From Chloroflexia bacterium (GTDB lineage Bacteria; Chloroflexota; Chloroflexia; DTKN01), in the NCBI GenBank assembly GCA_034436115.1, contig DAOTVY010000020.1:604-64603 (forward strand): a stretch of DNA of 64,000 nt, read 5' to 3'. Every line of letters begins with the position of its first letter. Positions within the stretch are counted from its first letter, which is position 1. Positions 52,281 to 64,000 of this stretch are shown one piece after another. The notes beneath the pieces were generated by a model. The model was not told the DNA's origin. It did no database searches and saw only the letters and a program-made list of their open reading frames with translations. Position numbers and translations under genes: made by a program.

Positions 52281-55063
52281 GTGGGGCCGGTATGCGCCTC
52301 CACCCGCAACGGGGCCTCCAGCGGATAGGCGCCTTCCATGATTTCGACCACCATGGGGACCACGGTCTCCGCCTCGTCCTCGGGGACCTCGAGCACCAGC
52401 TCGTCGTGCACCTGGAGCAGCATGCGGCTGCGCAGTCCGCCTTCCTTGAGCGCACGATGGAGGCGCACCATGGCGATCTTGATGATGTCCGCCGCACTCC
52501 CCTGGATCGGCGCGTTGATCGCCTCGCGCTCGGCGGCGGCACGCACGTTGCGGTTGCTCGCGTTCAGTTCGGGGATGTAGCGGCGCCGCCCCAAGATCGT
52601 GGAAACATAGCCCAGCTGCCTCCCCTGGCGTACGGTCTCTTCCAGGTAGCGCCGCACCGCCGGATAGCGGTTGAAATAGGTCGCAATGAAGCGCGCTGCT
52701 TCTTCCTGCTCGATGCCCAGCCGCTGAGCCAGCCCGTACTCGCTCATCCCGTACATCAAGCCGAAATTCACCGTCTTGGCCACGCGGCGCTGTTCGGGAG
52801 TGACCTGATCCGTCGGGACACCGAAAAGGGTGGAAGCGGTGCTCGCGTGGATGTCCTCTCCGCGGGCAAAGGCCTCCAGCAGGCCCGGATCCCGGGAAAG
52901 GTGAGCCAGGATGCGCAGTTCCACCTGGGAGTAATCGGCGGAAAGGAGCACCCAGCCCGGATCGGCGATGAACGCCCGCCGTACCTGCCTTCCCATTTCG
53001 CCGCGAACGGGGATGTTCTGCAGGTTCGGATCGGAGGAAGAAAGCCTGCCCGTGGCGGTAATCGTCTGGTTGAAGGAGGTGTGTACCCGGCCCGTGCGCC
53101 GGTTGACCAGCAGAGGGAGCGCATCCACATAGGTCGACTTGAGTTTGGCCAGTTCCCGATAGTTCAACACCGCCTCCACGATCGGGTGCGCGCCCCGAAG
53201 CTTCTCCAGGACGTCACTCGCCGTGGAGTAGCCCCCGGACTTGAGGCGGCTCCTGGCGCTCGTCGGAAGCCCCAATTCCTGGAAGAGCACCTCGCCGAGC
53301 TGCTGCGTGGAGTTGATGTTGAACGGATGGCCGGCCATCCGGAAGATCTCCGCCTCCAGGGCGGACATCTCCTCGTACAGGCGCCGCGACATCTCGTGAA
53401 GGAACGGGACGTCCAGCCGCACCCCGGTGCGCTCCATCTCCATCAGCACTTCTACCAGCGGCATCTCCAAGTCCGTGAAGAGCCGCTCGAGTTCCGGCTC
53501 CTCGGCCATCCGGGCTGCCAGGACCCGCTGCAGGCGGCAGGTCATGTCCGCATCGGCGCAGGCGTAGGGACCGACCTCCTCGATCGCCGCGCGGTCCATC
53601 GTGCGCTGGCCCTTCCCTTTGCCCAGGATGTCTCCGATCTCCTGCATCTGGACGCCCAGATAGAGGAAAGCCAGGTTCTTCAGCCCCACCGAGCGATCGG
53701 CCCGCTGCGCCGCACCGAGCGCGGGTTCGCCTTCTTCCGCCGGAAGCCCCGGACGCCCTCCCAGGAGGTAGGCAGCGATCATCGTGTCGAACACCACGCC
53801 ACGCACGGGTAGCCCATGCTCCAGCAGGACCAGCATGTCGAACTTGGCATGGTGTGCATACTTGGGCACCGCCGGGTCGCCTAGGAGCGGCTCCAGCGCT
53901 TCCCGCACCTCCTCCCACGGGAGCTGCCCGGGGACCAACCGGCCGGCTGGGTCCCGATGGCCCACAGGGATGTACCAAGCCCGGCCGTCCGGAGCCGCCA
54001 GTGAGAGGCCCACCAGGTCAGCCAGAAGCGGCTGAAGCGAAGTGGTCTCCGTGTCCAGCGCCAGCGGTCCGCGACCGAGGCCAGCCAGCATCTCCCCGAG
54101 TGCCTGCCGATCCCGTACGATGTGGTAGGGCGGCGGGGCCCCTTCCGGGGCAAAGAGCGGCAACTGCCGTGTGGTCGGGGGCTGCTCCCTTTCCTTCGGC
54201 TTGGGCAAGCGGCTTAAGAGGCTGCGGAACTCCAGTTCGCGAAAGATCTCGAGTGCCGTGGCCTGGTCGTAAACGCCGAAGCGGCTTTGCTCCAGCTCCA
54301 GTTTCACCGGCGCATCCGTACGGATGGTCGCCAGATCCCGGCTAAGGAAGGCCTGGTCGCGATGCGCCTCCAGCATCTTCCGGTAGCGTTCGGGCACCTG
54401 CTCCAGGTTCCGGTAAACCCCGTCCAGGTCCCCAAACCGCAACACAAGCTCCTGGGCGGTCTTGTCACCGATGCCGGGAACGCCCGGGATGTTGTCCGAA
54501 GGGTCGCCCTTGAGCGCCTTGAATTCGATCAGCTGGCGCGGGGAAAAGCCGTAGCGCTCGCGTACGGCCTCGGGGTCGTAGCGTTGGGTATCCGCGTACT
54601 TGCGACCGGGCACCAGGACAAACGTCTGCTCATCCACGAGCTGCAGCGCATCGGCATCTCCGGTGACGATAAGCGTCTGCAGGCCGGCCTCCCTCGCCTG
54701 ACGCGCCAGGGTGCCGATCAGGTCATCCGCCTCGTAGCCGTCGAGGCCACAGACCCGGATGCCAAGCGCCTGGAGCACTTGCTCGGTGCGTTCGACCTGA
54801 GGGCGGAGGTCATCCGGCATCTTGGCGCGGTGGGCCTTGTACTCGGGGTACAGGTCGTGGCGGAAGGTCGGTCCCCGGTCCATACAGACGATCACATACT
54901 CGGGATTCTCCTCGGCCAGCACCTTCAACACGGTAGAAAGAAAGCCGTAGATGGCGTTCGTCGGCTCGCCTTTGGAGGTGATCATCGTTGCCGGAAGCGC
55001 ATGGTAGGCCCGGTAGAGCAGGGCATGCCCATCGATCAGCACCAGCTTCGCACGCTCGGCCAT
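52262..55063 (-). CDS. polA: DNA polymerase I (5'-3' exonuclease, 3'-5' exonuclease-like and polymerase domains)
   Basis: N-terminal LVLIDGHALLYRAYHALP, C-terminal motifs (RRAAKTVNFGLMYGMS, LLQVHDELVLE); start at the internal MAERAKL. Confidence 0.9.
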   Translation of the reverse strand: MAERAKLVLIDGHALLYRAYHALPATMITSKGEPTNAIYGFLSTVLKVLAEENPEYVIVCMDRGPTFRHDLYPEYKAHRAKMPDDLRPQVERTEQVLQALGIRVCGLDGYEADDLIGTLARQAREAGLQTLIVTGDADALQLVDEQTFVLVPGRKYADTQRYDPEAVRERYGFSPRQLIEFKALKGDPSDNIPGVPGIGDKTAQELVLRFGDLDGVYRNLEQVPERYRKMLEAHRDQAFLSRDLATIRTDAPVKLELEQSRFGVYDQATALEIFRELEFRSLLSRLPKPKEREQPPTTRQLPLFAPEGAPPPYHIVRDRQALGEMLAGLGRGPLALDTETTSLQPLLADLVGLSLAAPDGRAWYIPVGHRDPAGRLVPGQLPWEEVREALEPLLGDPAVPKYAHHAKFDMLVLLEHGLPVRGVVFDTMIAAYLLGGRPGLPAEEGEPALGAAQRADRSVGLKNLAFLYLGVQMQEIGDILGKGKGQRTMDRAAIEEVGPYACADADMTCRLQRVLAARMAEEPELERLFTDLEMPLVEVLMEMERTGVRLDVPFLHEMSRRLYEEMSALEAEIFRMAGHPFNINSTQQLGEVLFQELGLPTSARSRLKSGGYSTASDVLEKLRGAHPIVEAVLNYRELAKLKSTYVDALPLLVNRRTGRVHTSFNQTITATGRLSSSDPNLQNIPVRGEMGRQVRRAFIADPGWVLLSADYSQVELRILAHLSRDPGLLEAFARGEDIHASTASTLFGVPTDQVTPEQRRVAKTVNFGLMYGMSEYGLAQRLGIEQEEAARFIATYFNRYPAVRRYLEETVRQGRQLGYVSTILGRRRYIPELNASNRNVRAAAEREAINAPIQGSAADIIKIAMVRLHRALKEGGLRSRMLLQVHDELVLEVPEDEAETVVPMVVEIMEGAYPLEAPLRVEAHTGPTWGDLK

Positions 55064-55404
55064 CGTACACCTCCTGGCTTCCCGCCGTAGGCGCATTGTA
55101 CACCATCGGCGCGGGGTGCGCAAACGGGTCGGTTGACTTTTGGGGCGCCCCCGCTACATGAAGGCGTCTTTCCCTTGGGAAGGGCAAGCCGCCTGAAAAC
55201 GCTGGCTTGTGCCCGAGGGGAAAGCCTGGGGGCGTAAGAGCAACCCAGGACGGCCCCATGGTGAGAGCGGTGATGTCGGGAATGGTAGGACTGCGGGCCT
55301 GCGCCTCTCCGCGGTCCAGATGCGGGGAAACAGGCCCCGTCCCGGTCGGCTGATGACGCCGGAGAGCAGCGCTTTGAGCTGCGGTAGCAAAAGGAGCCTT
55401 TCCT

Positions 55405-56127
55405 ATGCAACCTTCCTTCGCTAAATGCCTTGCGGACATCCGGCACCTCCTGAGCGAGGGCAAAAAGGACCAGGCCCTTGCCGTGGTAGAATCGTTCCTC
55501 ACAGAACACCCCGATAGCATCCCGGCCCTGCTGTGGTACGCCGCCCTGACCCCGAACCTGGAAAAGGGCGTGCGGGCCCTGGAACACGTCCTTCAGCTGG
55601 ATCCGGGGAATGCGAGAGCTCAGGCCGGCCTGAAGGAGCTGCGAGCACGGCTGGCGGCCCAAGCGGCTGCGCCAATGTCCGCTCCAACGGAACCCCCGGC
55701 GCTTGCCCCTTGCCAGCCTCCTTCGCGAGAGGCAACCGGGGGACCCCCTTCGGGAGGGAGGCCCGGTACGGAAGGGATCAGCACAGGCGAAGCCCCACAA
55801 CCCGTATCGACCATCCAAGCGGAAACCATCCTGGACGCGGCAAGAAGCATCCTCTGGCCCTTCCGCGGACTGAATCGCCCGATTGGACAGCTACTGTCAG
55901 AAGGCCGGATCCAGAACAAAGACCTGGCCTGGGCCGCGCAGCACGCTCAGGACCCTTCCGTCCGCTGGGCGGCAGGGATCTTGTTGCGCCAGGAGGAGCT
56001 CGAGGGACGGCAGTTCCGTCTGGAGCAGGTCACGACGACTGTCTGGCCGTACAGGGGTCTGAAGCGGCCGGTAGGGGAACTTGTGCGCACAGGGACGGTG
56101 GATCTGGGGACCTGGCCTATGCCCTGA
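55405..56127 (+). CDS. TPR-like protein with internal duplicated 19-aa motif WP[FY]RGL[NK]RP[IV]G[QE]L
   Basis: N-terminal helical repeats; ILWPFRGLNRPIGQLLSEGRI and TVWPYRGLKRPVGELVRTGTV occur about 65 aa apart. Confidence 0.5.
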   Translation: MQPSFAKCLADIRHLLSEGKKDQALAVVESFLTEHPDSIPALLWYAALTPNLEKGVRALEHVLQLDPGNARAQAGLKELRARLAAQAAAPMSAPTEPPALAPCQPPSREATGGPPSGGRPGTEGISTGEAPQPVSTIQAETILDAARSILWPFRGLNRPIGQLLSEGRIQNKDLAWAAQHAQDPSVRWAAGILLRQEELEGRQFRLEQVTTTVWPYRGLKRPVGELVRTGTVDLGTWPMP

Positions 56128-56183
56128 TGCGGAGCTAGGACGTCTCCCTGCGACACGCCGCCGCTGTCCTGGGCTATTCCATC

Positions 56184-57155
56184 GTGGCATCGGCGCCGCT
56201 CGCTGCCAGCTCCCCACGCTTGGCAGACCCGTCTCTCCCCTTGAGCACTGCGGTGGACAGCCAAGCAGGGCGTGTCGGGAACGCCTTTGAGGCCGGCGTG
56301 CCGGCCCGGGGTGTGGCGAAACCACAAAGACCCTCCGCTCCCTCCAAGGCGGAAGGCAGCGCGCCCCAGCGTTCTCCAGCCCCGGGAACGCTCGAGGTCG
56401 TCCTGGGAAGCGGTTACCTGGAGAAGCAACGAAAGTTTCTTAAGGAAAAGCGCAGGAGTACCAGGCGGCGGCTGATCACCCTCGTCCTGGTGCCGGTTAT
56501 CGGGGTGATGGTGACCGCGGTGCTTCTCGTGACGCGCAGGATCCCCCTTTGGGTTCCCGTGGTGTCGCTGTTCGCTTTGTGGGGAATCGGCGCGGTAGTG
56601 GAGCGAATCGGGTTTCCACTCCTGGACCGACTGCGGGAGGAAGAAGAGTCCTACGCGCGCGGGAAGGCGGCCGAGGATCGTCTGACGGAAATCCTGAGCC
56701 GTCACCTGGACTCCCGCTGGACGCTCTTCCGCAACGTCGTCCTTCCGGATCGGCCGGACGACATCGATGCGATCCTCTTGGGCCCTCCCGGAGTGTTGGC
56801 GCTTGAGGTCAAGGCCTATCGGGGGCTGTACCGCAACATCGGGGATCGGTGGGAAACGCGTAGAGGACGCCAGTGGCAAGCGGCGAGCTCCAACCCCACC
56901 ACCCAGGCGCTCGGAAACGCGGCCCGCCTGCGCGCGTATCTGCGGGGCATCGTGGGGGAAGAAGTCTGGGTAGAACCGCGAGTGGTCTGGGCAGGCACCC
57001 GTCGGTTGATCTACGAGCGGCCGCGGGTGTATATCTGGCAGCTGGAACGATCGGAAGACTGGCTGCGGGAACTAAGCAACGACCGGGCTCTGGCCGAGGA
57101 GACGTTGGCTCGGATCCGGGTAGCGTTAAGGGCGCTCTGCTCCACGCTGCGCTAG
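56184..57155 (+). CDS. NERD-domain (nuclease-related) protein with low-complexity N-terminus and two TM helices; start uncertain
   Basis: WTLFRNVVLPDRPDDIDAILLGPPGVLALEVKAYRG matches the NERD core; the hydrophobic segment LITLVLVPVIGVMVTAVLLV precedes it. Confidence 0.55.
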   Translation: MASAPLAASSPRLADPSLPLSTAVDSQAGRVGNAFEAGVPARGVAKPQRPSAPSKAEGSAPQRSPAPGTLEVVLGSGYLEKQRKFLKEKRRSTRRRLITLVLVPVIGVMVTAVLLVTRRIPLWVPVVSLFALWGIGAVVERIGFPLLDRLREEEESYARGKAAEDRLTEILSRHLDSRWTLFRNVVLPDRPDDIDAILLGPPGVLALEVKAYRGLYRNIGDRWETRRGRQWQAASSNPTTQALGNAARLRAYLRGIVGEEVWVEPRVVWAGTRRLIYERPRVYIWQLERSEDWLRELSNDRALAEETLARIRVALRALCSTLR

Positions 57156-57213
57156 AGGAGACTGCCGCTTTGTGGTATAATAGGAATTGTCCAGCATGTC
57201 CAGCCCGAGGTTG

Positions 57214-57253
57214 GGGCACCCAGCTGGTTTTCGGCTGGGTGCCCGTTCTTTGC
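57214..57253 (+). terminator. Hairpin (11-bp perfect stem) plus weak U-run between the NERD gene and the downstream SBP gene, downstream of a TGn-TATAAT -10 element
   Basis: GGGCACCCAGC-tggttttcg-GCTGGGTGCCC GTTCTTTGC; extended -10 TGGTATAAT at about 57168-57178. Confidence 0.45.
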
Positions 57254-57271
57254 AAACAGGAGGAAGCAGAA

Positions 57272-58231
57272 ATGGCCAGGACTCTGGGAATCCTCATCCT
57301 CTCTGTGCTGCTCCTTGCCGCCTGCGGGCGGGCGCAACCGGTCGCTCCACTCCAGATCGGCGTCCGTACCGCAAACGACCACGTCCCCTTTTACATCGCC
57401 GACCGGGAAGGCCTCTACCGACAGGTGGGTCTGGAAGCGAAGGTGCATCTGATCCCCAGCAACACGGAAATCGTCGAAGCGCTACAGCGCGGGGACCTCC
57501 AGGTCGGCGCCATCCCGGTCACCACCGCGATCACCGCCATCGATCACGGCGCCGACCTGCGGATCATCGCCATGACCGGCCGCGGCAGCGACGGCCTGCT
57601 CGTGCGCCGCGATAGCGGGATCACGAGCTGGACCGACTTGAAAGGGAAGCGCATCGCGACCATCCGCGCCTCCATCCTGGATGTGCTTCTCCTCCAGGCG
57701 CTCGAAGCCCATGGCCTCGACCCGAGCCGCGATGTCTCCTTGGTCTACTTCCAGAAGTTGGGCGACATGATCAGCGCGCTGAAAACCGGCCAGGTCGATG
57801 CCACATCGAACACCGAGCCCTTCATGACCGACGCCGTCCGCCAGGGGTGGGGCCAGATCCTGGGATACTACACCGAGCAGTGGCCCGACCATCCCTGTTG
57901 CGTGGTCGTAGCCCGCGGCGACCTGCTGCGAGAGCACCCCGAAACCGTGGAACAGGTGCTGAAGGCACACGTCCTCGCCGTAGAACGGGCCTGCGCCGAC
58001 CCGGCCTATACGGCGCGCGTGATCGTGGAATACCTCCAGTCCTTCGACCCGGAGCTGGTAGAGGCCTCGCTGGCCCCGGAAAAGATGCGCGTGGACTATC
58101 ACCTCACGCAGGAGGAGATCGCCCGTATGGCGGAGCTGATGTACCGACAGGGCCTGCTGGAGCATCGTCCGGAAGAGACCGAATTCACCGACCTCAGGCC
58201 GCTGGAGCAGGTGCTGGAGGGGCAAAAATGA
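57272..58231 (+). CDS. NitT/TauT-family ABC transporter substrate-binding lipoprotein (aliphatic sulfonate/nitrate/bicarbonate type)
   Basis: Signal peptide plus lipobox LLAACG; SsuA/NMT1-like fold; start at the ATG after AGGAGGAAG. Confidence 0.7.
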   Translation: MARTLGILILSVLLLAACGRAQPVAPLQIGVRTANDHVPFYIADREGLYRQVGLEAKVHLIPSNTEIVEALQRGDLQVGAIPVTTAITAIDHGADLRIIAMTGRGSDGLLVRRDSGITSWTDLKGKRIATIRASILDVLLLQALEAHGLDPSRDVSLVYFQKLGDMISALKTGQVDATSNTEPFMTDAVRQGWGQILGYYTEQWPDHPCCVVVARGDLLREHPETVEQVLKAHVLAVERACADPAYTARVIVEYLQSFDPELVEASLAPEKMRVDYHLTQEEIARMAELMYRQGLLEHRPEETEFTDLRPLEQVLEGQK

Positions 58232-59010
58232 GGCTGCGGCTCGCCCGATGGCGAGGGGGGGTGCTGCTCGCAGGCCTGCTGGTCTGCTGGGAATCGCTTC
58301 CCCGACTGGGGTGGGTCGACCCGATCCTCCTCCCGCCCTTCTCGCGCGTGGCCGGCCGGCTGATCTCGCTCGCCCTCTCCGGGGACCTGGTGCAGCACGC
58401 TGTCGCAAGCCTGGGACGGGTGCTCGCAGGGTACGGCCTGGCCCTAGCCGCGGCCCTCCCACTCGGTTTCTTCCTGGGGCTGAGCGAGCCGGCGGAGCAG
58501 TACGCGCGTCTGGCCGTCCAGCTGCTACGGCCGCTTTCGCCCCCTGCGTGGATCCCGCTCGCCATCCTCTGGTTCGGGATCGGCAATGCGCCCGCGATCT
58601 TTATCATCTTCGTGGGGACGTTTCTTACCCTACTCACGGGCACGATCGCCGCCGTTCGCGGGGTGGACCGGCGTCTGGTGCAGGCGGCTCGTACACTGGG
58701 CTGTAGCCGTCGGGGCACCGTCGTGCGGGTGGTGCTGCCTGCCGCCCTCCCCGAGCTGCTGACACTGATCCGCCTGGGCCTGGGGCTCGCATGGATGTGC
58801 GTGATGGCCGCCGAGATGGTCGCCGTCTCGCGCGGCCTCGGCTTCCTGATGCTGGAGGCACGCAACTTGTTTCGCACCGACACCGTACTTGCGGGCATGC
58901 TGACCGTGGGAAGCCTCGGCCTGCTCCTGGACGGGCTGCTGCGCCTCGTCCAGGGGCGCCTCTTGCGTTGGCAGGTGGGAAGGAAGGCCTATGAAATGTC
59001 TCGAGATTGA
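58228..59010 (+). CDS. NitT/TauT-family ABC transporter permease
   Basis: Six-TM permease with the EAA-like loop (ARTLGCSRRGTVVRVVLPAALP); ATGA overlap with the SBP stop. Confidence 0.8.
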   Translation: MRLRLARWRGGVLLAGLLVCWESLPRLGWVDPILLPPFSRVAGRLISLALSGDLVQHAVASLGRVLAGYGLALAAALPLGFFLGLSEPAEQYARLAVQLLRPLSPPAWIPLAILWFGIGNAPAIFIIFVGTFLTLLTGTIAAVRGVDRRLVQAARTLGCSRRGTVVRVVLPAALPELLTLIRLGLGLAWMCVMAAEMVAVSRGLGFLMLEARNLFRTDTVLAGMLTVGSLGLLLDGLLRLVQGRLLRWQVGRKAYEMSRD

Positions 59011-59761
59011 GGCTCTCTCCAAAGTGTACGCCGGGCCGGATGGTCCGATCGAGGCGATCCGACGTGTGGACCTGGTGGTTCGCGAGGGCGACTTTGTGGC
59101 TATCGTGGGCCCCAGCGGGTGCGGCAAGACCACGCTGCTCCAGATTGTGGCCGGCCTGGAACCGCCGACGAGCGGCCGGGTGCTCTTCCGGGGCCGCCCT
59201 GTACGGGGAAGTAGCCATGAACGCACGCTGATTTTCCAGGAGAGCGCCCTCTTCCCCTGGCTTACGGCCCAGGGGAACATCGAGTTCGGGCTGCGCAGCC
59301 TGGGCCTGCCGGCCTCCGAGCGCCGCGAGCGTGCCCGAGAGGCGTTGCACTGGCTCGGACTGGAGGGGTTTGCCGGGCTGTACCCTCACCAGCTCTCCGG
59401 GGGAATGCAACAGCGCGTGGCGCTCGCCCGCGCGCTGGCGGTCGACCCCGTGCTCCTGCTCATGGACGAACCGTTCGCCGCATTGGACGCCCTCACCCGA
59501 AGACGCCTCCAGCAGGAGGTACGGCGCATCCAGGAGGCGCGCCGCCAGACGGTCCTTCTGGTCACCCACAGCGTACGGGAAGCGCTCTCGCTGGCCGATC
59601 AGGTGGTCGTGCTGAGCAGCCGGCCGGCCGAGGTGCGCATGGTGCTTCCGGTTCCCCGGCCGCTCTCCCCAGCGGCGCTGGCGGAGTGGGAAGAGGCAAT
59701 CCACCGGTGCCTGACCGAGGAGAACGGCGAGCCGGGCACCTGGACCCCGTCTTCCTTTTGA
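58991..59761 (+). CDS. NitT/TauT-family ABC transporter ATP-binding protein
   Basis: Walker A GPSGCGKTT, signature LSGGMQQR, Walker B LLLMDEPF. Confidence 0.85.
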   Translation: MKCLEIEALSKVYAGPDGPIEAIRRVDLVVREGDFVAIVGPSGCGKTTLLQIVAGLEPPTSGRVLFRGRPVRGSSHERTLIFQESALFPWLTAQGNIEFGLRSLGLPASERRERAREALHWLGLEGFAGLYPHQLSGGMQQRVALARALAVDPVLLLMDEPFAALDALTRRRLQQEVRRIQEARRQTVLLVTHSVREALSLADQVVVLSSRPAEVRMVLPVPRPLSPAALAEWEEAIHRCLTEENGEPGTWTPSSF

Positions 59762-60092
59762 CCGAGGCCGTCCGCGGACGGGGGTGAATCCCGGAACACG
59801 GTCGGCGAGGGAGACCTTCCAACGCGCTTCCGACAGCCGCGTGGGAGATCGCCTCGGGCCCAGCTGCGTCACGGGATCTTCTTACGGGAGGTAGGAAGCC
59901 CTTCGCTCCATTGCCGCGCAGGCAAGAGGTCGTCTGGCCCTCCTTTGCCTGGCCGGAAAGGGAAAAAACGGGGTTTGTCGGGTCCAGGCCAGGATCGGGG
60001 TTGCCCTGGAACAAGAGGGTTTTGCGCGATGGGGAGTGTTCGGGTAAAATAGTTTCATCACGTGCTCCGGATGGCGCATCCGAGGAGGAACG

Positions 60093-63317
<3,225 letters not shown>

Positions 63318-63322
63318 GGCGC

Positions 63323-64000
63323 TCAACGGTCGTTGGCAAAGCGCCGTCGGAGTACCGCCCACGCTTCCGCGGGCTCCGGGCTGCGCACCAGGACGGCCAC
63401 CAGGAGGTACACAGCCGCTCCTGTGGCCGCGGCTCCCGCCAGTTGCACAAGCTCTGCTGAACTCGCTCCAGGCAGCAAGCGCTCCAGCATCGGGAGCGCG
63501 ATGCTTGCAGCCAGGCCCGCCAGTGCGGCGGCAAGCGTCCCCCGTACCGCACTGCGCAAGAGTGTTTCTTCCTCGAGCCCGGCCGTCCGCTTACGGAGCA
63601 AAAGCAGCAAGATCCCCATCTCAGCGGTATTGGTGACGCTGAAGGCGAGCGCCAGGCCGGCCGCTCCCAAAAGCGGCAACAGCCCAGCTCCCAGGGCGAT
63701 GTTCGCCGTGACGATCCCCGTTCCCACCCACACCGGCGTGCGCGTGTCGTGCAGCGCGTAGAAGGAACGGAGGACGATCTCGGTCACACAGGCCGCAGGT
63801 AACCCCAGGGCAAAGAACAGGAAGACATGGGCCGTCGCCCGGGTGTCGGCGGCAGTGAACGCCCCGTGCTGGAAGAGAAAGGCAACGAGCGATGTACGGA
63901 GCGCCATCATGAGGGCAGCCAGGGGCAACGCCAGAAAGAGCGTCACCCGAAGCAGGCGGCTGAGCGTGTGCCGAAAGTCGTCTTGCCGACCCTCGTTCGC
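63323..64000 (-). CDS. murJ: Lipid II flippase MurJ/MviN, C-terminal portion (the gene's 5' end lies beyond the window)
   Basis: C-terminal TM helices with SFYALHDTRTPVWVG (conserved MurJ block). Confidence 0.65.
   Translation of the reverse strand, partial: ANEGRQDDFRHTLSRLLRVTLFLALPLAALMMALRTSLVAFLFQHGAFTAADTRATAHVFLFFALGLPAACVTEIVLRSFYALHDTRTPVWVGTGIVTANIALGAGLLPLLGAAGLALAFSVTNTAEMGILLLLLRKRTAGLEEETLLRSAVRGTLAAALAGLAASIALPMLERLLPGASSAELVQLAGAAATGAAVYLLVAVLVRSPEPAEAWAVLRRRFANDR

Noticed and set aside
55064-55404. Searched the long intergenic regions (including 55064-55404, 11041-11347 and 59762-60092) for a tRNA-Sec, other tRNAs, tmRNA or SRP RNA near the Se locus
   Set aside because: No cloverleaf-compatible acceptor/T-arm pairing, no GGTTCGAATCC-type T-loop, and no UCA anticodon loop context found by eye. 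The Sec tRNA and selA/selB must lie outside this window.

Overview
High-GC (~68%) bacterial chromosomal window, mostly densely coding core metabolism, transport and housekeeping genes; no rRNA, tRNA, CRISPR array or transposase/integrase was recognised. Standouts: (1) A six-gene selenium-utilisation operon on the minus strand (csd-yedE-tusA-selD-yedF-DUF3343). selD is a selenoprotein: the ORF caller truncated it at an in-frame TGA (8114-8116), and the upstream frame restores the N-terminal motif SAAG-U-AAK. A hairpin downstream of the UGA is a candidate SECIS, and a ~230-nt leader ending in an intrinsic terminator sits just before the csd ribosome-binding site. (2) A clear cobalamin riboswitch (GGGAAACCGGUGCGAGUCCGGUGCUGUCCCGCAACUGUAAGGG plus terminator) heads a minus-strand operon encoding a secreted prenyltransferase/squalene-oxidase-repeat (alpha-alpha toroid) protein, CobO adenosyltransferase and a secreted membrane-anchored Pro/Ser/Thr-rich protein. 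I propose this as a corrinoid capture/adenosylation system resembling a split transcobalamin. (3) prfB carries the canonical programmed +1 frameshift (CUU UGA C). (4) A PtsI-like PEP-utilising protein appears to have lost the phospho-His (TSH to TSP), in an operon with two SAM methyltransferases and a GT4 glycosyltransferase. (5) A LacI-controlled sugar ABC locus has a binding-protein gene interrupted by an in-frame TGA, followed by three paralogous URO-D-family genes around a galactokinase-like GHMP kinase. (6) An uncharacterised BadF/HgdC-type ATPase with two DUF2229-like partners lies next to a histidine/aromatic ammonia-lyase. (7) A transglutaminase-like membrane protein is translationally coupled to a DnaB-C-terminal-domain-only ATPase. 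(8) A FemAB-like / flippase-like / LmbE-like cluster sits beside proS. Further calls include hypA-hypB, W-type aldehyde:ferredoxin oxidoreductase plus ferredoxin, rplU-rpmA-rpmE, tdk, proS, polA, ileS and murJ (3' end beyond the window). Several long minus-strand ORFs are antisense artefacts of the GC content. All domain assignments are from reading the translations by eye; no searches were run.
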